From the NCBI GenBank assembly GCA_036785375.1, contig JAWMAR010000535.1, forward strand, positions 186,001 through 250,000: a DNA stretch of 64,000 nucleotides, given 5' to 3'. The stretch's first letter is position 1. Every line of letters starts with the position of its first letter. This stretch comes from Leucoraja ocellata. Lineage: Eukaryota. Below are positions 38,277-50,985 of this stretch, in pieces. The translations under genes were made by a program, and so were the position numbers. Under the pieces are notes generated by a model. It was not told the DNA's origin. It ran no database searches and was given only the letters and a program-made list of their open reading frames with translations.

Positions 38277-38481
38277 TCATTTTGCTCAAACAACCAGAAG
38301 GTTGTGTCCTTCCTCATTGCTTTTCTACACTTGCAAAATACGTGCCATAGTCATAGTCAAACAGTGTGGAAACAGGCCCACACCGGGACAAGGGACAACT
38401 TGCCCACACCGATATAATCCTCCTTGTCCAGGCACTTCAGTTTCCTCTGTGCACTCCGGTTATATCCCGCATCCCAAAGGT

Positions 38482-39640
38482 TCAGTTTAGTTTAGTTTAG
38501 TTCAATTTAGTTTAGTTTAGTTCAGTTTAGTTCAGTTTAATTTAGTTTTATTTTGTTTAGTTAGTTTAGTTTAGTTTATTGACACTTGTACTGAGGTACA
38601 GTGAAAAGCTTTGGTTCCGTGCTAACCAGTCAGCAGAAAGACAATACATGATTTCAATCGAGCCATTCACAGTGTACAGATAAATGAATATGGGAAGGGA
38701 ATAAAGGAAAAATGTGAATAATGTTCAGTGCAAGCAGTGGCGTAGCGTGGGGGGGGGGGGGGGGGGGGCAGAGGGGCGATCGCCCGGGCGCTAAATTTTT
38801 AGGGGCGCAAAAAATTGTTGGGTAAATTTTTAAATAAAATTAAGAGGCCCGGGGAGCCGTTGGAGCGAGAGGTCTTACCTGGAGCGGTGAGTATAAAAGC
38901 AGCGCGGGGCTTGCTACAGAGGCCCGGGACGTGCCCCAACTCCGAGTTCTGGTCGCCGTTGTCTCAACTCCGTGGCCAGGCCGCCGCTGTCGCTGCTGCT
39001 GCCGCCGTCCCAGCTCTGATGCCGGACAGCCGCTGCGCCGCGCCGCCCCAGCTCCGAGGCCAGGCCACCGCTGTCACTGCTGCTGCCGCCGTCCCAGCCA
39101 CTGCCGCCGCCGTCCCAGCTCTGACGCCGGGCGGCCGCTGTGGCTGTCCCCGCTCCGAGTTCTGGTCGCCGCTGCCGCTGTCCCAGCCGCCGCTGCCTCT
39201 GCCCCAGCTCCGAGGCCGCCAGCTCCGCCATTAGGCCTCGGCGCAGGCGGAGACGGGGGATACGACAAAAGAAGTCACATCCCCGAAGGAAGAGACCAAA
39301 AACGTGTTCCTTCCCCTTCTCCCCTTCCCTTCCCCTTCTCCCCTTCCCCTTCCCTTCTCCCCCCCCCCTCTCTCTCCCCCCCCCCCCCCCCCCCCCGCTA
39401 ATGAGGGGACGCAAAACTTTAAACTGCCCCGGGCGCTCAAAACCCACCCTACGCCACTGAGTGCAAGATAAAAGTCCAGTAAAGTCCAATTAAAGATAGT
39501 TAATGGTCTTCAATGAGGGAGATAGCAGCCCAGGACTGTTCTCTAGTTGTTGATAGGATGGATCAGTTGCCTGATAACGGCTGGGAAGAAACTGTCCCTG
39601 AATCTGGAGGTATGCGTTTTCACGCTTCTGTACCTCTGGC
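38482..39640 (-). mobile_element. Rex1-type 3' tail with (TTTAG)n end, interrupted by a hAT MITE
   Basis: (tttag)n at 38482-38578; the tail sequence resumes after 39467. Confidence 0.7.
38735..39459. mobile_element. hAT-superfamily MITE (725 bp, GC/CpG-rich)
   Basis: TIR CAGTGGCGTAG / CTACGCCACTG; perfect 8-bp TSD AGTGCAAG at 38727-38734 and 39460-39467; internal gccgccgtcccagct repeats. Confidence 0.9.
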
Positions 39641-40025
39641 CTAAGATATGCAAGTTAGCAGGTTAACTGGCCCTACCCTGAGTGTGTGGGTGAGCAGTAG
39701 TATCTGGGGGAAGTTGATGGGAATGCGGACTGAAGGGCCTGCTTCCATACTGCATGCCTTCACGACTCTAACACTGTATCCTCATATGACCCAGCTGATT
39801 GTTCCATATGCCAGTGAATGCAGATGTGTGCAAATTACTCCCCGGAGATGGTAATGCAGTTAAAATTGGGTCAGTACGCAGACTTCAAAGAGAAACAGCA
39901 GACAGAGTCATGCATTATTTCTCCTATTCAGTGGTTAGTTATTTTGGTTACAGTGATGCAATATATGTAAAATTGATCAGTGAAGCACCAAGAACTACAG
40001 TAGAAATCACTTTGTTTTATTGCAG

Positions 40026-40067
40026 ATTCTAAAATCAAACCTGAACAAGCACCGATTATCCTGAAAA
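40026..40067 (+). CDS. Candidate 42-nt phase 1-1 exon, gene assignment unknown
   Basis: Acceptor ctttgttttattgcag|, donor AAA|gtgagt; (D)SKIKPEQAPIILK in non-repeat sequence. Confidence 0.4.
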
Positions 40068-40624
40068 GTGAGTTTTGTGTACACTTACATGTGGGGGTAG
40101 ATTTTACTTCAAAATTGTAGCAAGTGGGACTACATTCCCCGATCAGGAACACTTGGTGAGGGCTGATGTTTGCTGACGTATTGCAAGCTGCAGTAGGTAA
40201 TCTTCTGCTCATTAATTTGAATCGAGTGAAAATCAGGCTTAGTGAGACTAAGATTTACGAACCACTGCTCCGTGGAACCGTTGCTCTGTGCCAAGAGTGC
40301 CTGATCCAGCCACCAATCTTGACAGCTCGTTGCATGCAATTTAAAAACACTTCACAAAATAAAAGCCATGGAAACTCAGGGAAAAACAAGAGAAAATTAT
40401 GTTTACTCCGCATTCATGTGATTTTGAAAGCTGTTCTGCTAAAGTTATGGTGGATGAGCAGGGGAAACTGAAATAAAATACATTTCCAATCAATATTTTC
40501 CACAGATATACCAAATTCTTTCTCTTTAAACTGCTTTGCCACCTGCTGGGGTGATTTCCTGATCATATTGTATCTACAAAACATTATTCGCTTGCAATTG
40601 TTTAATTGTGAATTGTGAAGAGAA

Positions 40625-41063
40625 ATGCGGACGCAGCCCAGATCATCACACAAACCAATCTCACTTTCATTAAACTCGATCTGTGCTTCATGCTGCCTCG
40701 GCAAGACAACTCCCATTATCAAGGACCAGGCTCACCCTGGACACACCCTCTTCTCTTCTCCCCTCTTCCATGAGGCAAGAGGTACAGAAGTCCGAAAACG
40801 CACCCCTCCAGATTCAGGACCAGCAGTTATCAGGCTACTGAACCATCCGATCTTCAAGTAGAGGGTGGTCCTGACCTAACATCTGCCTCATTGGAGACCC
40901 AGGACTATCTAAAATTATCTATATATAATTGGACTTTGCTGGACTTTATCTTGCACTGAATATTATTTCCTTTATCCTGTGGATGGCTCAATTGTAATCA
41001 TGTATAGACTTTTCGCTAACTGGGTAGCATTACAACAAAAAACTTTTCATTGTACCTCGGTAC
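40625..41063 (+). mobile_element. Rex1-type LINE 3' fragment
   Basis: IIKDQAHPGHTLF resembles the ORF end of the 24-26 kb element and is followed by a tail. Confidence 0.75.
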
Positions 41064-41267
41064 NNNNNNNNNNNNNNNNNNNNNNNNNNNNNNNNNNNNN
41101 NNNNNNNNNNNNNNNNNNNNNNNNNNNNNNNNNNNNNNNNNNNNNNNNNNNNNNNNNNNNNNNNNNNNNNNNNNNNNNNNNNNNNNNNNNNNNNNNNNNN
41201 NNNNNNNNNNNNNNNNNNNNNNNNNNNNNNNNNNNNNNNNNNNNNNNNNNNNNNNNNNNNNNNNNNN
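41064..41267. other. Assembly gap
   Basis: Run of N. Confidence 1.
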
Positions 41268-41319
41268 CGTTCGGTCTACAATGACTCCCATTTTCATTGC
41301 CCTTCAAATTTAATTTCAA

Positions 41320-41612
41320 CTAGACTAAGTGGGACCCATTGGGTCCCTGTCACACAGGAGGTTTGGTCCCCCAACGCAATATTCCACCACTCGCCCATAG
41401 CCCCCAACTGCACAGGCGCAGTTCATTTCCCTCATCCCTAGCACTCTCTCCCCCTCCGCTTCAACCTCCCTCTTCTTTTCCCTCTCCTACTCTCCCACAA
41501 TCCCTCCCTCACCTCTCCTTTTCCCTACCCTCAGTCATTCCCTTCCTCCATCCCTCCATAACTCCTATCCCTTCCTTCTCCCCTCCTCTCCCTCCATCCC
41601 CTTTCCTCCCCC
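41320..41612 (-). mobile_element. 3' part of a related Helitron (runs into the gap)
   Basis: Reverse complement ends ...gggacccaatgggtcccacttagtCTAG, the same hairpin plus CTAG terminus as 859-1877. Confidence 0.7.
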
Positions 41613-41812
41613 NNNNNNNNNNNNNNNNNNNNNNNNNNNNNNNNNNNNNNNNNNNNNNNNNNNNNNNNNNNNNNNNNNNNNNNNNNNNNNNNNNNNNNNN
41701 NNNNNNNNNNNNNNNNNNNNNNNNNNNNNNNNNNNNNNNNNNNNNNNNNNNNNNNNNNNNNNNNNNNNNNNNNNNNNNNNNNNNNNNNNNNNNNNNNNNN
41801 NNNNNNNNNNNN
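41613..41812. other. Assembly gap
   Basis: Run of N. Confidence 1.
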
Positions 41813-42064
41813 ATAATACGCTTGAATTTGGCTTGAATGTATTTATGTATAGTATTATCTGATTTGAAAGGATAACACGCAAGTCAAAGCTTTTCATTGT
41901 GCCTTGGTATATATTACAATAATAAACTTAAATCTAAATCTCTTGAGAAACAAGTAAAATCACCTGCATTTTTACACTTACTGTCCCTGTGAGTCCCAAC
42001 TTTATTTAATGCCAGAATCTGTACAGTCTCAGAATTTAGCACAGTCTCAGTACCATGTTGGAAT

Positions 42065-42365
42065 TAGAGAGTTTAGAGAAACAGAGCGGAAACAGGCCCT
42101 TCGGCCCTCCGCGTCCACGCAGACCAGTGAACCCCGTACACTAACACTGTCCTACCCACAAGGGACAATTTACAATTTACAGAAGCCAATTAACTTGTAA
42201 ACCTGCACGTCTTTGGAGTGTGGGAGGAAATCGGAGCACCTGGAGAATACCCACACAGCTCACATGGAGAATGTACAAACTCTGTATGGACAGCACCCGT
42301 AGTCAGGATCAAACCCATCTGGCATTGTAAGGCAGGAACTCTACCGTGAGCCACTGTGCTGCCCT
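42065..42365 (-). mobile_element. V-SINE (HE1-like)
   Basis: Head, core and tail on the minus strand. Confidence 0.85.
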
Positions 42366-44159
42366 CTGGGAATAACAGTGTAGATTTCAAAACCAGGCTG
42401 ACGTTCCAATATCGACACAAGGAACTGCAGAAGCCGGCTTACCGAAAAAGATACAGAATGCTGGAGTAACTTAGCGGGTCAGGCAGTATCTCTGAACATG
42501 GACAGGTGACATTTTGGGTCAGGACCGTTCATCTAAAGAAATTTTATCCCCTCCCACCACCACAATAAATCCGAAGACGGGTCCCAACCCAAAACATATC
42601 CTATCCATGTTCTCCAGAGATGGTGCCTGGCCCATTTATTCACTCAAGCATTTTGTGTCTTGTTCTGACATTCCAATGTCTAAAGCTTTTGATTTAGAAG
42701 CAAATGTCTCACACTTCCTCACAGTGCGCGCACTAACAACTGGGAATTAATAGATACTGTACTTAATGTGTGGAAACATGAGTATGGCCCGAGTTTTGCT
42801 CTCTGTGATGAACGCAGTGTCAGCTACTTATAACCATATAACCATATAACAATTACAGCACGGAAACAGGCCATCTCGGCCCTACAAGTCCGTGCCGAAC
42901 AACTTTTTTTCCCCTTAGTCCCACCTGCCAGCACTCATACCATAACCCTCCATTCCCTTCTCATCCATATGCCTATCCAATTTATTTTTAATTTTTACTT
43001 GTTACACTTGCACATGCTCTGGACCACACTGGCCAAACCGAGGCTTATGAACGAATGTGCCTCTTTCATAGTTCAATGCTTCAATGGTTGAATGGTTCTT
43101 TATTGTCAAGAAAGCACAGCACAGTGAAATCCTTTTGCACAACCCACAAATGCACAGGGGGAATTCTGGTCATATAGGTCAAATCTTGAGAATTAGTCGA
43201 TATTGTACTTGCGGATTTTACTGCGTCTATTTTTAGCCTTTCATCTAGGAAGTATCGAGCTGTTTTGAAATAATCAACCGTTTCAAGGCTTGAAATGAGA
43301 AGGCAGAAAAGACATTGTAACCATCACTAAAATCGAAGACAGAAGAAACTGCTGATGATGGAATCTTGAACAAAACACAAAGTGCTGGAGGAACTCAACG
43401 GGGTCAAGCAGCATCTGGGAAGGGAATGGACAGATGACGTTTCAGCTTGGGACTCTTCTTCAGCTTTTTATGTTTTGATTAAAATTGAAGAGATTTTGAG
43501 GAATTTGAGAAAGCTTGTTAAGGTCACTGCAGATTAAATCACATTGCAATAGATTGCTAAAAACAGGATGGCGATGGTTAAAATCCTAATGACTGCTTGT
43601 GAAACAGACGGACAGAAAAAAAGAGGAAATCTTGACGAAGAGCTAGAGAATTTTATGGTTGAAAGGAGAGGGAAATCTACCTGAACAAATCCACTAATGA
43701 AACGAGAGCAAAGCAAGTCAAAGAGTATATTTGCTTTGTTATAAAAGCATTATCACCTAATGTCCATATAACAGTCACCTAATAATGATTATTCTACCCT
43801 ACGAGGCTTTTGGATTACAGTCCCCCCCCCCCCAGGTATCTGTGAGCTTTTATTTTGCATACTACATATGTCCCTGTTACTGAATCCAAGCTGTGGCTAT
43901 GACATAGGATGAAAAAAATATTAGACGTTTCTGCTAAGGGATACAAACCTACTAAAAGGATTAAATGCTCTCAGAATTAGTGTCTACAAAAGAACTAATG
44001 TAGTTGCAGCCTCCATCTTTTGTTACCTTCATGATATTAGGTCTATTAGTTGCAAAAGCTTTCTGGTAATATGTCGAGATACATCAATTTACCAAAACAA
44101 ATTGCATTATATGATGTTCACAACACACTCCGATTTTGTGGGGAAAATCTTATAGTTTC

Positions 44160-44702
44160 AAATTTTTTATTTTTTTATTTTTTATTTATTAGAAGCAAAT
44201 GTACAAGAGCAGAACAAAAGGCATATAAAATTATACAGTTATTGTACAGCTTTAATCAAGAGAAAGAGCAAGAAAGAGAAAAAGTGAGATGTGCAAAGAT
44301 AGGACCCCTAGACTACCAAAGTAGTGCAGCCAAAGAGTTGATAAAAGAAAGAAAGAAGAGAGGAATAGAAAAAGACAAAAAGAAAAGAAAAAGAGATAGA
44401 AAAGTGGTGGTATACTTGCCTCTCGTCCCTCCTCACCCACCTCACCCAACCCATACTTAGATTTAAATCCAAAGTTGTGTTGTGCCATATTACCCTCGTA
44501 AGAAATCAGTGATGGATGTCCATGGCTTGGAAAAATGATCTGGTTTTTCTGCCAAGACAAGTCTAATATTTTCAAGATGTAGTGTCTCGTACATGTTTAT
44601 AATCCACATCTTAAGAGTAGGGACTGATGTATGTTTCCAAAATTTAAGTATTAGCTTTTTTGTCATTATCAGGCCATAATTAAGGACAAGTCTTTGAAAT
44701 AG
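44160..44702 (-). mobile_element. L1-clade LINE 3' fragment
   Basis: Minus-strand frame FQRLVLNYGLIMTKKLILKFWKHTSVPTLKMWIINMYETLHLENIRL...PWTSITDFLRG* resembles a fish L1 ORF2 C-terminus. A pyrimidine-rich UTR and an A-rich tail with AATAAA follow. Confidence 0.75.
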
Positions 44703-47229
44703 TGATAGAAATGCAGAATATGATAAAGGCTAGGTCACCTTTTATAAGGACTAACGTAGTTTTAAGGCAGCCAACATACTATTGAAAATACATCCCATTA
44801 AAGCATTAACGAAGAACATATTGTAGATATTGATTATTATTTTTGGGGCTATCACTTGGGTTCAGTATTTTAGATTATCCCTGCAGATAAGCATTTCACT
44901 TCCTCCAATGGCCTGTGCCTTTCATTAAACAATATAATTTAAAAGTTGAAAGGGTCAGTTAGTCTCTGAAGCCACTTTCATTGAATAAAATCATAGCTGA
45001 TCTTTTATCTCAACTTCAACTTCAGTGGTTCAACAGTTCAAATGTGGTTTTATTGTATATATTGAACTTATTTTCTCTATCACCATTACCCCTTAAAACA
45101 ATCAATCTCATTCCTGACTACCAGCAAATTGATATTTCCATGATTAATAACGAGCTCAACAACCAAAATGAAAATCCTTATTACTGTATTTTAGTTCAGT
45201 TCAGTTCAATTTAGTTTATTGTCATGTGTACCGAGATACAGTGAAAAGCTTTTGTTGTGTGCTATCCAGTCAGCAGGAAGCCAATACATGATTACAATCG
45301 ATGCATTTACAGTGTGTAGATAGAGATATAAGGGTGTGAAGCGATTGTAATATGAGTTTGTAGATCTGCTTCTGTGGCTAGCAGGCAAATAGTCACCTGG
45401 GTAGGGTGCCAACTTGGAACAGGGCAGGATGGGGACTGATTACTCCCGGAAAGGGGTAGGGGGAGTAGGATTAGGGGGTGGAAGAAAGGAAAGGTTTGGA
45501 GAAATTTAGAGCAAGGCAGAGAGCATGAGATGAAAGTGAGATGTGGATAAATTGCATTGAGTTGTATTCATTTTCTTGGTGTTATGGGTATCAATGTCTG
45601 TTTTATCCTGGACTAAATCTGTTCATGAAAGGATCCAGATCAAGCCATGAAATATGACTTGATCCTTCAATCAGAAGTTACCCTTGTGTGCCGACTCAAT
45701 TTTCACCTCAGAAACTTGCAATGATGCTATTCGTCATACAACCCTTGTAATAATAAGGTCTGGATAGAGTGAATGTGGAGATGATGTTTCCATTAGTGGG
45801 AGAGTCTTGGACCAGAGTACGTCGCTTCAGAATAAAAGGACATACCTTTAGAAAGGAAATGAGGAGGAATTTCCTTTGTCAGAGTACAGTGAATCTGTGG
45901 ATTTCATTGGCACTGATGGCTGTGGAGGCCAAGTCCATGGATATGTTTACGGTGGAGCTTGACAGATTCGTGATTAGTAAGGGTGTCAGAAGGCAGAAGA
46001 ATGGGGTTGAGACTTGAGAGGGAACAATACATCAGCCATGATTGAATTGTGGGGTAGACTTGATTGGCTGAATGGCCTCATTCTGCTCCTAGAACTTATG
46101 AACTTATGAGCTTACGAATAAACTAAGCTAAACTAAACTAAACTAAACTAAACTAAACTCTGTACGAATCTAAACATTCTATTTGGTTGCGTGGGAAGCT
46201 GATCCCTGTTGTCCCCGAGGTGCTCATTCTCGACACTCATGGGGGAGCATGATCTTATTTGTGCATCCACACCATAACAGTGGGCACTAACTGCACTACC
46301 CCCATCCCTTGCTTTGCACTGAACAACCTCATACTTATGGTTCCCAATCGCCAAGGACTGATCCCCCCCCCCTGTGATCTGTACCCTGTTGTGTTATGCC
46401 TCTATACCACTGCATCCATCCTCACCACGTGCCCCAACATCCTTTCAAAATGCCTATTGACTATAGTTTCCCTGCTGCTGAGCTGCTATCAGAGTAATTG
46501 CATCAAATTCTGGTACCAGCAGTAGCAATCAGAATGGAAATTGCTTACAAACTTTGATTGTGTTATTTGCCCATGTTGAGAATATTTCATACAGGTTTTA
46601 CATCAGGGTTGCAATGCCATTTTCTATGGAACCATAGAAATTATTCTTTCACCAAATTATTACATTAAAAAAAAACGATTTAAGCAGTAACTCAACAAAT
46701 GAACAAATTGAAGCTTTGACTGTGGACTAAAATAGAAAGTTAAGAATGGCAAAATTAAGACTCTATACTGTTAACAACGTTGGACTTGAATCACACAAAA
46801 TGAAACTGGAAGCATGGCAATTCTTGCGTGCAGTCTCAGTATAATCTACTACTCTTGCAGTCTTGTACCCAAGTATGATTGCCTGTGCATAGTAGGATTA
46901 TTTTTTACTGAAATGCATGGCCAAAAAAAGGGTTTCACTGTACCTGGTGTATGTGACAATAAAGAATTGTTGAATCCATTGAACTCATTGAATATGGTCC
47001 TTTACAGAACTCAATCCTGAAAATATTTTAATAAAAACTTTTTGTGGAATTTATTTTCAAACAAAGTGCAGCTTACCTTTCTAATATCTTTTTGGCTTGG
47101 TTATGTATCACTTTTGTCTGATTGTTCTCTCATGAAAATGTCCAGAGATGTTTTATTGTTCTTTAAATGCCTTACATAAGTCCAAGTGGTTGCTGGGGAG
47201 ATATCTAAGATGGCACGTGAGTTTTAGAG

Positions 47230-47715
47230 GTGAGCAGAGTAGCGCAGTGGTAGAGCTGCTGCCTCACAGCACCAGAGACTATGGTTCGATCCTGACCTCA
47301 AGTATGGAATTTGTATGTTCTCGCTGAGACTGCGTGGGTTTCCTCCTGGTGCTCAGGTTTCCTCCCACATTGTAAAGACATGCAGGTTCGTAGATTAATT
47401 GACCACTGTAAATTGCCCCTGGTGTGTAGAGAGCGGATGAGAAAGTCGGATAGAAACATAGAAAATAGGTGCAACAGTAGGCCATTTGGCCCCTGGAGCC
47501 ATTCAATATGATCATGGCTGATCATCCAAAATCAGTATCCCGTTCCTGCTTTTTTCCCCATATCCCTTGATTCCTTTAGCCCTAAGTGTTAAATCTAACT
47601 CTCATGTGAACATGTGAATAACATGTGAAGGGATAACATGTGAACGTGTGATCGATGGTTGTTGTGGACTCAATAGGTCGAAGGACCTGTTTCCATGCTG
47701 TTTCTCTAAACTAAA
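47230..47715 (+). mobile_element. V-SINE interrupted by a minus-strand CR1 3' end (~47452-47603)
   Basis: SINE head and core, then atagaaacatagaaa (CR1 tail reverse complement), then the SINE tail resumes. Confidence 0.8.
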
Positions 47716-47793
47716 ATAACGATAGTATGTACGAATGACCTGCTGGGAAGAAGTTCCCATGTGGCTGACATGTCTATTAAGATTTATTGTTCA

Positions 47794-47842
47794 CTAGACC
47801 TAGGGCGGACCCATTGGGTCCCGTTCCCCCAGCGCAATATTA
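47794..47842 (-). mobile_element. Helitron 3'-end fragment
   Basis: ctag...ggacccattgggtccc...gcaatatt matches the terminus at 41320. Confidence 0.5.
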
Positions 47843-48108
47843 AATGGATCATTGCTTTCTGTAAAATATCGTGATTGCACGCAGAATACCAAAGATTAAA
47901 ATTGTATCTTCTTCAAACATAGTTGATTGGCAGTTGAAAATATGCTCAGATCAATGAAGATTACATAAATAACAGGAAATGCATTGCAAATCTGTACCAA
48001 CATCCTGTCACAGGAGCAAGATATCGGCGTAAAATAAAAGTTATCTTTCAAATGGGTTGTATCCTGCCAACTGTACTAGTGTAAAACCAGGAGAATTGTT
48101 TCCAGAGA

Positions 48109-48214
48109 ATGTGGCTGGCCAAAGAAGCAATTAGTGCCAAAAGGAATAGCTTGAATTTTGCCTGTATACAGGCTGCCCTATTGTGGACTTTCATCATCAC
48201 TACCTGTTCACTTG
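48109..48214 (+). CDS. Candidate leader (signal peptide) exon of gene B
   Basis: ATG at 48109; MWLAKEAISAKRNSLNFACIQAALLWTFIITTCSL then G|gtacag (phase 1, moderate donor). Joins in frame to the 58699 exon as ...TCSL-E-NGVDV. Confidence 0.4.
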
Positions 48215-50019
48215 GTACAGTATTACTTTTCCTTTTTTATAAATGTTTTACATTTATCTGTTTCATACCTGCTTTCAATGAAATTCAAGAATACTGCTTA
48301 CTCACACAATTATTCCTTTAAAAAATGATCAATTAAAAAAATTGTTTATCCGATAATAAAAGATTTATTATGTAGATTATAAAGTGCTGTAGTAACTCAG
48401 CGGGTCAGGCAGCCTCTCTGGTGAAAAGGAATAGGTGATGTTTCGGGTTGAGACCCTACTTCAGACTGAGTGTCAAGGACTGAGCGCCATTTATTATATA
48501 GTTGTTTGTTGATTACAAATAGCTCAGGTTTCTGAACGGTGCTTCCATGAGCTAGGGTACTGGTTCAATGATGGACACAAAACGCTAAAGTAATTTAGCG
48601 GTTTAGGCAGCATCTCTGGAGAAAAAACATGGGTGATCTTTCTGATCAGAAACTTTCTTCAGACTGAAAGATAGAGAGGGTGTAGGAATTGGAGGTAGAA
48701 AGAGGCCAGAACAAATCAGGGCCAGCAACAGATGACCAAGGAAGGGTGGAAGGGTGTTGACTGGGGAAGAGGTATAATGAGAGGGATACAAGGATGCGAA
48801 CAGTGGAATTGGTAGGACGGGTGGGAGAGGGGGGGAGGGGGAGAGAGGGGAGAAGGGGGAGAGAGGAGAGAAGGGGAAGAGGCGGAATCAATGCTCAGAC
48901 TGCTGGGTTGTAAGCTGCCAAGCAAAATTTGAGGTGCTGTTCCTGTTTAATGGTTCTTTATTATCACATGTACCAAACGGTAAATTATTTTTTGTGCATA
49001 CATTTCAGTACAATTATTTCCAATATATAAGTACAATTGTACTGTACAATTCACCTCTACCCCATTGTGGACATTGGGCATGGTCTCTGGAATTGATGTC
49101 CTACAATGCTGAGGACTATATTCTGCACTGTATCTTCCTCTCTGCTCTACCTTGTGCACTTAATTGTATTCATGTATATTGTCTGATTGGTTTGGACAGC
49201 AAACTAAATAAAGCTTTTCACTGTTCCTTGGTACACGTGGCATTAATAAATCTAAACCTAAACTTAAACCTGTTGAATGTAGCTGAATTCAGACTTTTTA
49301 GGATCATCAAACTTTCCACAATTTTCAAATTTCTTCAAAAAATGTTGTATTTTGGCAGTTTAAAATATATTTTCCGTTCACAGTTAAAGCATTATACTTG
49401 TTCATTTGTTCAGTTGTCACAATGAAATTGGTTAATTTGTGTAATAATTTGGTAAAAAAATAAATTGTTCATGGCTTACTATCTCCAATAACGATCTAAT
49501 TCCGAAGCTTTTAAATATTTTCAAAAGTAAGTGTTATTTGATAATGTTAAATTTATTTTCATAAATATAGACTTTCACAGTAATCATCTGTCCTCACATT
49601 CTGTTTTAGTGTTTGCCTCTACTCTTCGTAGCCATTTGAGAAATTTAAAACCAAGAATTCATTGGAAAATGTCATCTTTCCTGTTCAATGTTGCGTTCGA
49701 TTAGAGATATCAGACACAACATTGAATCCGCGTTGGAACAGCCCTTCAAAATTTGCTTATAATGAGGACTGATGCCCACTTTATTTTCCTGTTTATTTTA
49801 ATAACCTGTTTGAAATATTGTGTTGCCTTAAACACTAACCTGCTCTTTCAATCTTGCACCTAAGCCAGGGCGTAAAGTGAACAGCTGATACTTGGTCGCC
49901 CAGGTTTTTGTTTCAAAAATTGGGCAAATTACTTCATCATGGAGGCAGCAACTTCTGCTTATCCATGCAGGGCATGCTTATCCTCCATCTGAAATCCAAC
50001 CCTCTCCCACTTTACAGTA

Positions 50020-50985
50020 ATAATAACTTAATAACTTTATTTATAAAGCGCTTTTAGACAACATCAGTTACCACAAAGTGCTGTACATGGGAAGTCAACA
50101 AAAAGTTATTACAAACTACTAAAACCATTAAGACGACAGGACTATAAAAACAGTAAAAATTAAAAGACATTAAAAGCACTAAAACAGGAACAATGTCTCA
50201 GCCAGTGTCGAAAGCCAGTGAATAAAAGTGAGTTTTTAGGGAGGATTTAAAGATGGACAGTGAAGGGGCCTGTCTGATCTGTAGCGGCAAGGTGTTCCAG
50301 AGTGCCGGGGCAGCAACAGAAAAGGCTCTATCCCCTCTGAGCTTCCGCTTAGACCTTGGTACCTCAAGGAGCAGCTGATCCGCTGACCTGAGGCACCGGG
50401 TAGGAGCATATAGGTGGAGCAGCTCAGAGAGGTAAGGCGGGGCGAGGCCATTCAATGATTTAAAAACAAATAAAATAATTTTAAAATGAACTCGAAAGTG
50501 CACTGGGAGCCAGTGAAGGGAGGCCAAAATTGGCGTAATGTGCTCCCTCTTTCAAGTTCCGGTTAAAAGGCGAGCGGCAGCATTTTGGACCAACTGGAGA
50601 CGAGCCAACGAAGCTCGTGAGACTCCAGAGTAGAGCGCGTTACAGTAATCCAGCCGAGATTAAATAAAGGCATGGATTACTGTTTCAAAATGCTGCCGCT
50701 CGAGAATGGGCTTCACCTTTGCCAGCTTGCTTAGGTGAAAGAAGCTGGACGTAACCACTGCGCCTATTTGTTTATCTAATTTAAAATCACCGTCCATCAT
50801 AAAACCCAGGTTTAAAACTGTTGGCTTTACGAACACTGCAAGTGGACCCAAGTCAACAGAGGGAGGTTCACGGCAGCCATTAGGGCCGAACAAAATCACT
50901 TCTGTCTTTTTTTCGTTAAGTCCCAGAAAGTTTAAGGCCATCCAGGACTTAATGTCCTCAAGACAAGACAGAAGTGATTTTAGGG
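50020..50985 (-). mobile_element. L2-clade LINE 3' fragment, little decayed
   Basis: Continuous frame WMALNFLGLNEKKTEV...IHAFI*SRLDYCNAL...LQLVQNAAARLLTGT*KREHITPILASLHWLPV...GDRAFSVAAPALWN with only two in-frame stops, then a 3' UTR and short-repeat tail. Confidence 0.9.

Noticed and set aside
38815-39489. Several overlapping Ala/Pro/Arg-rich ORFs
   Set aside because: They are stop-poor GC-rich repeats inside the hAT MITE, with no domain motifs.
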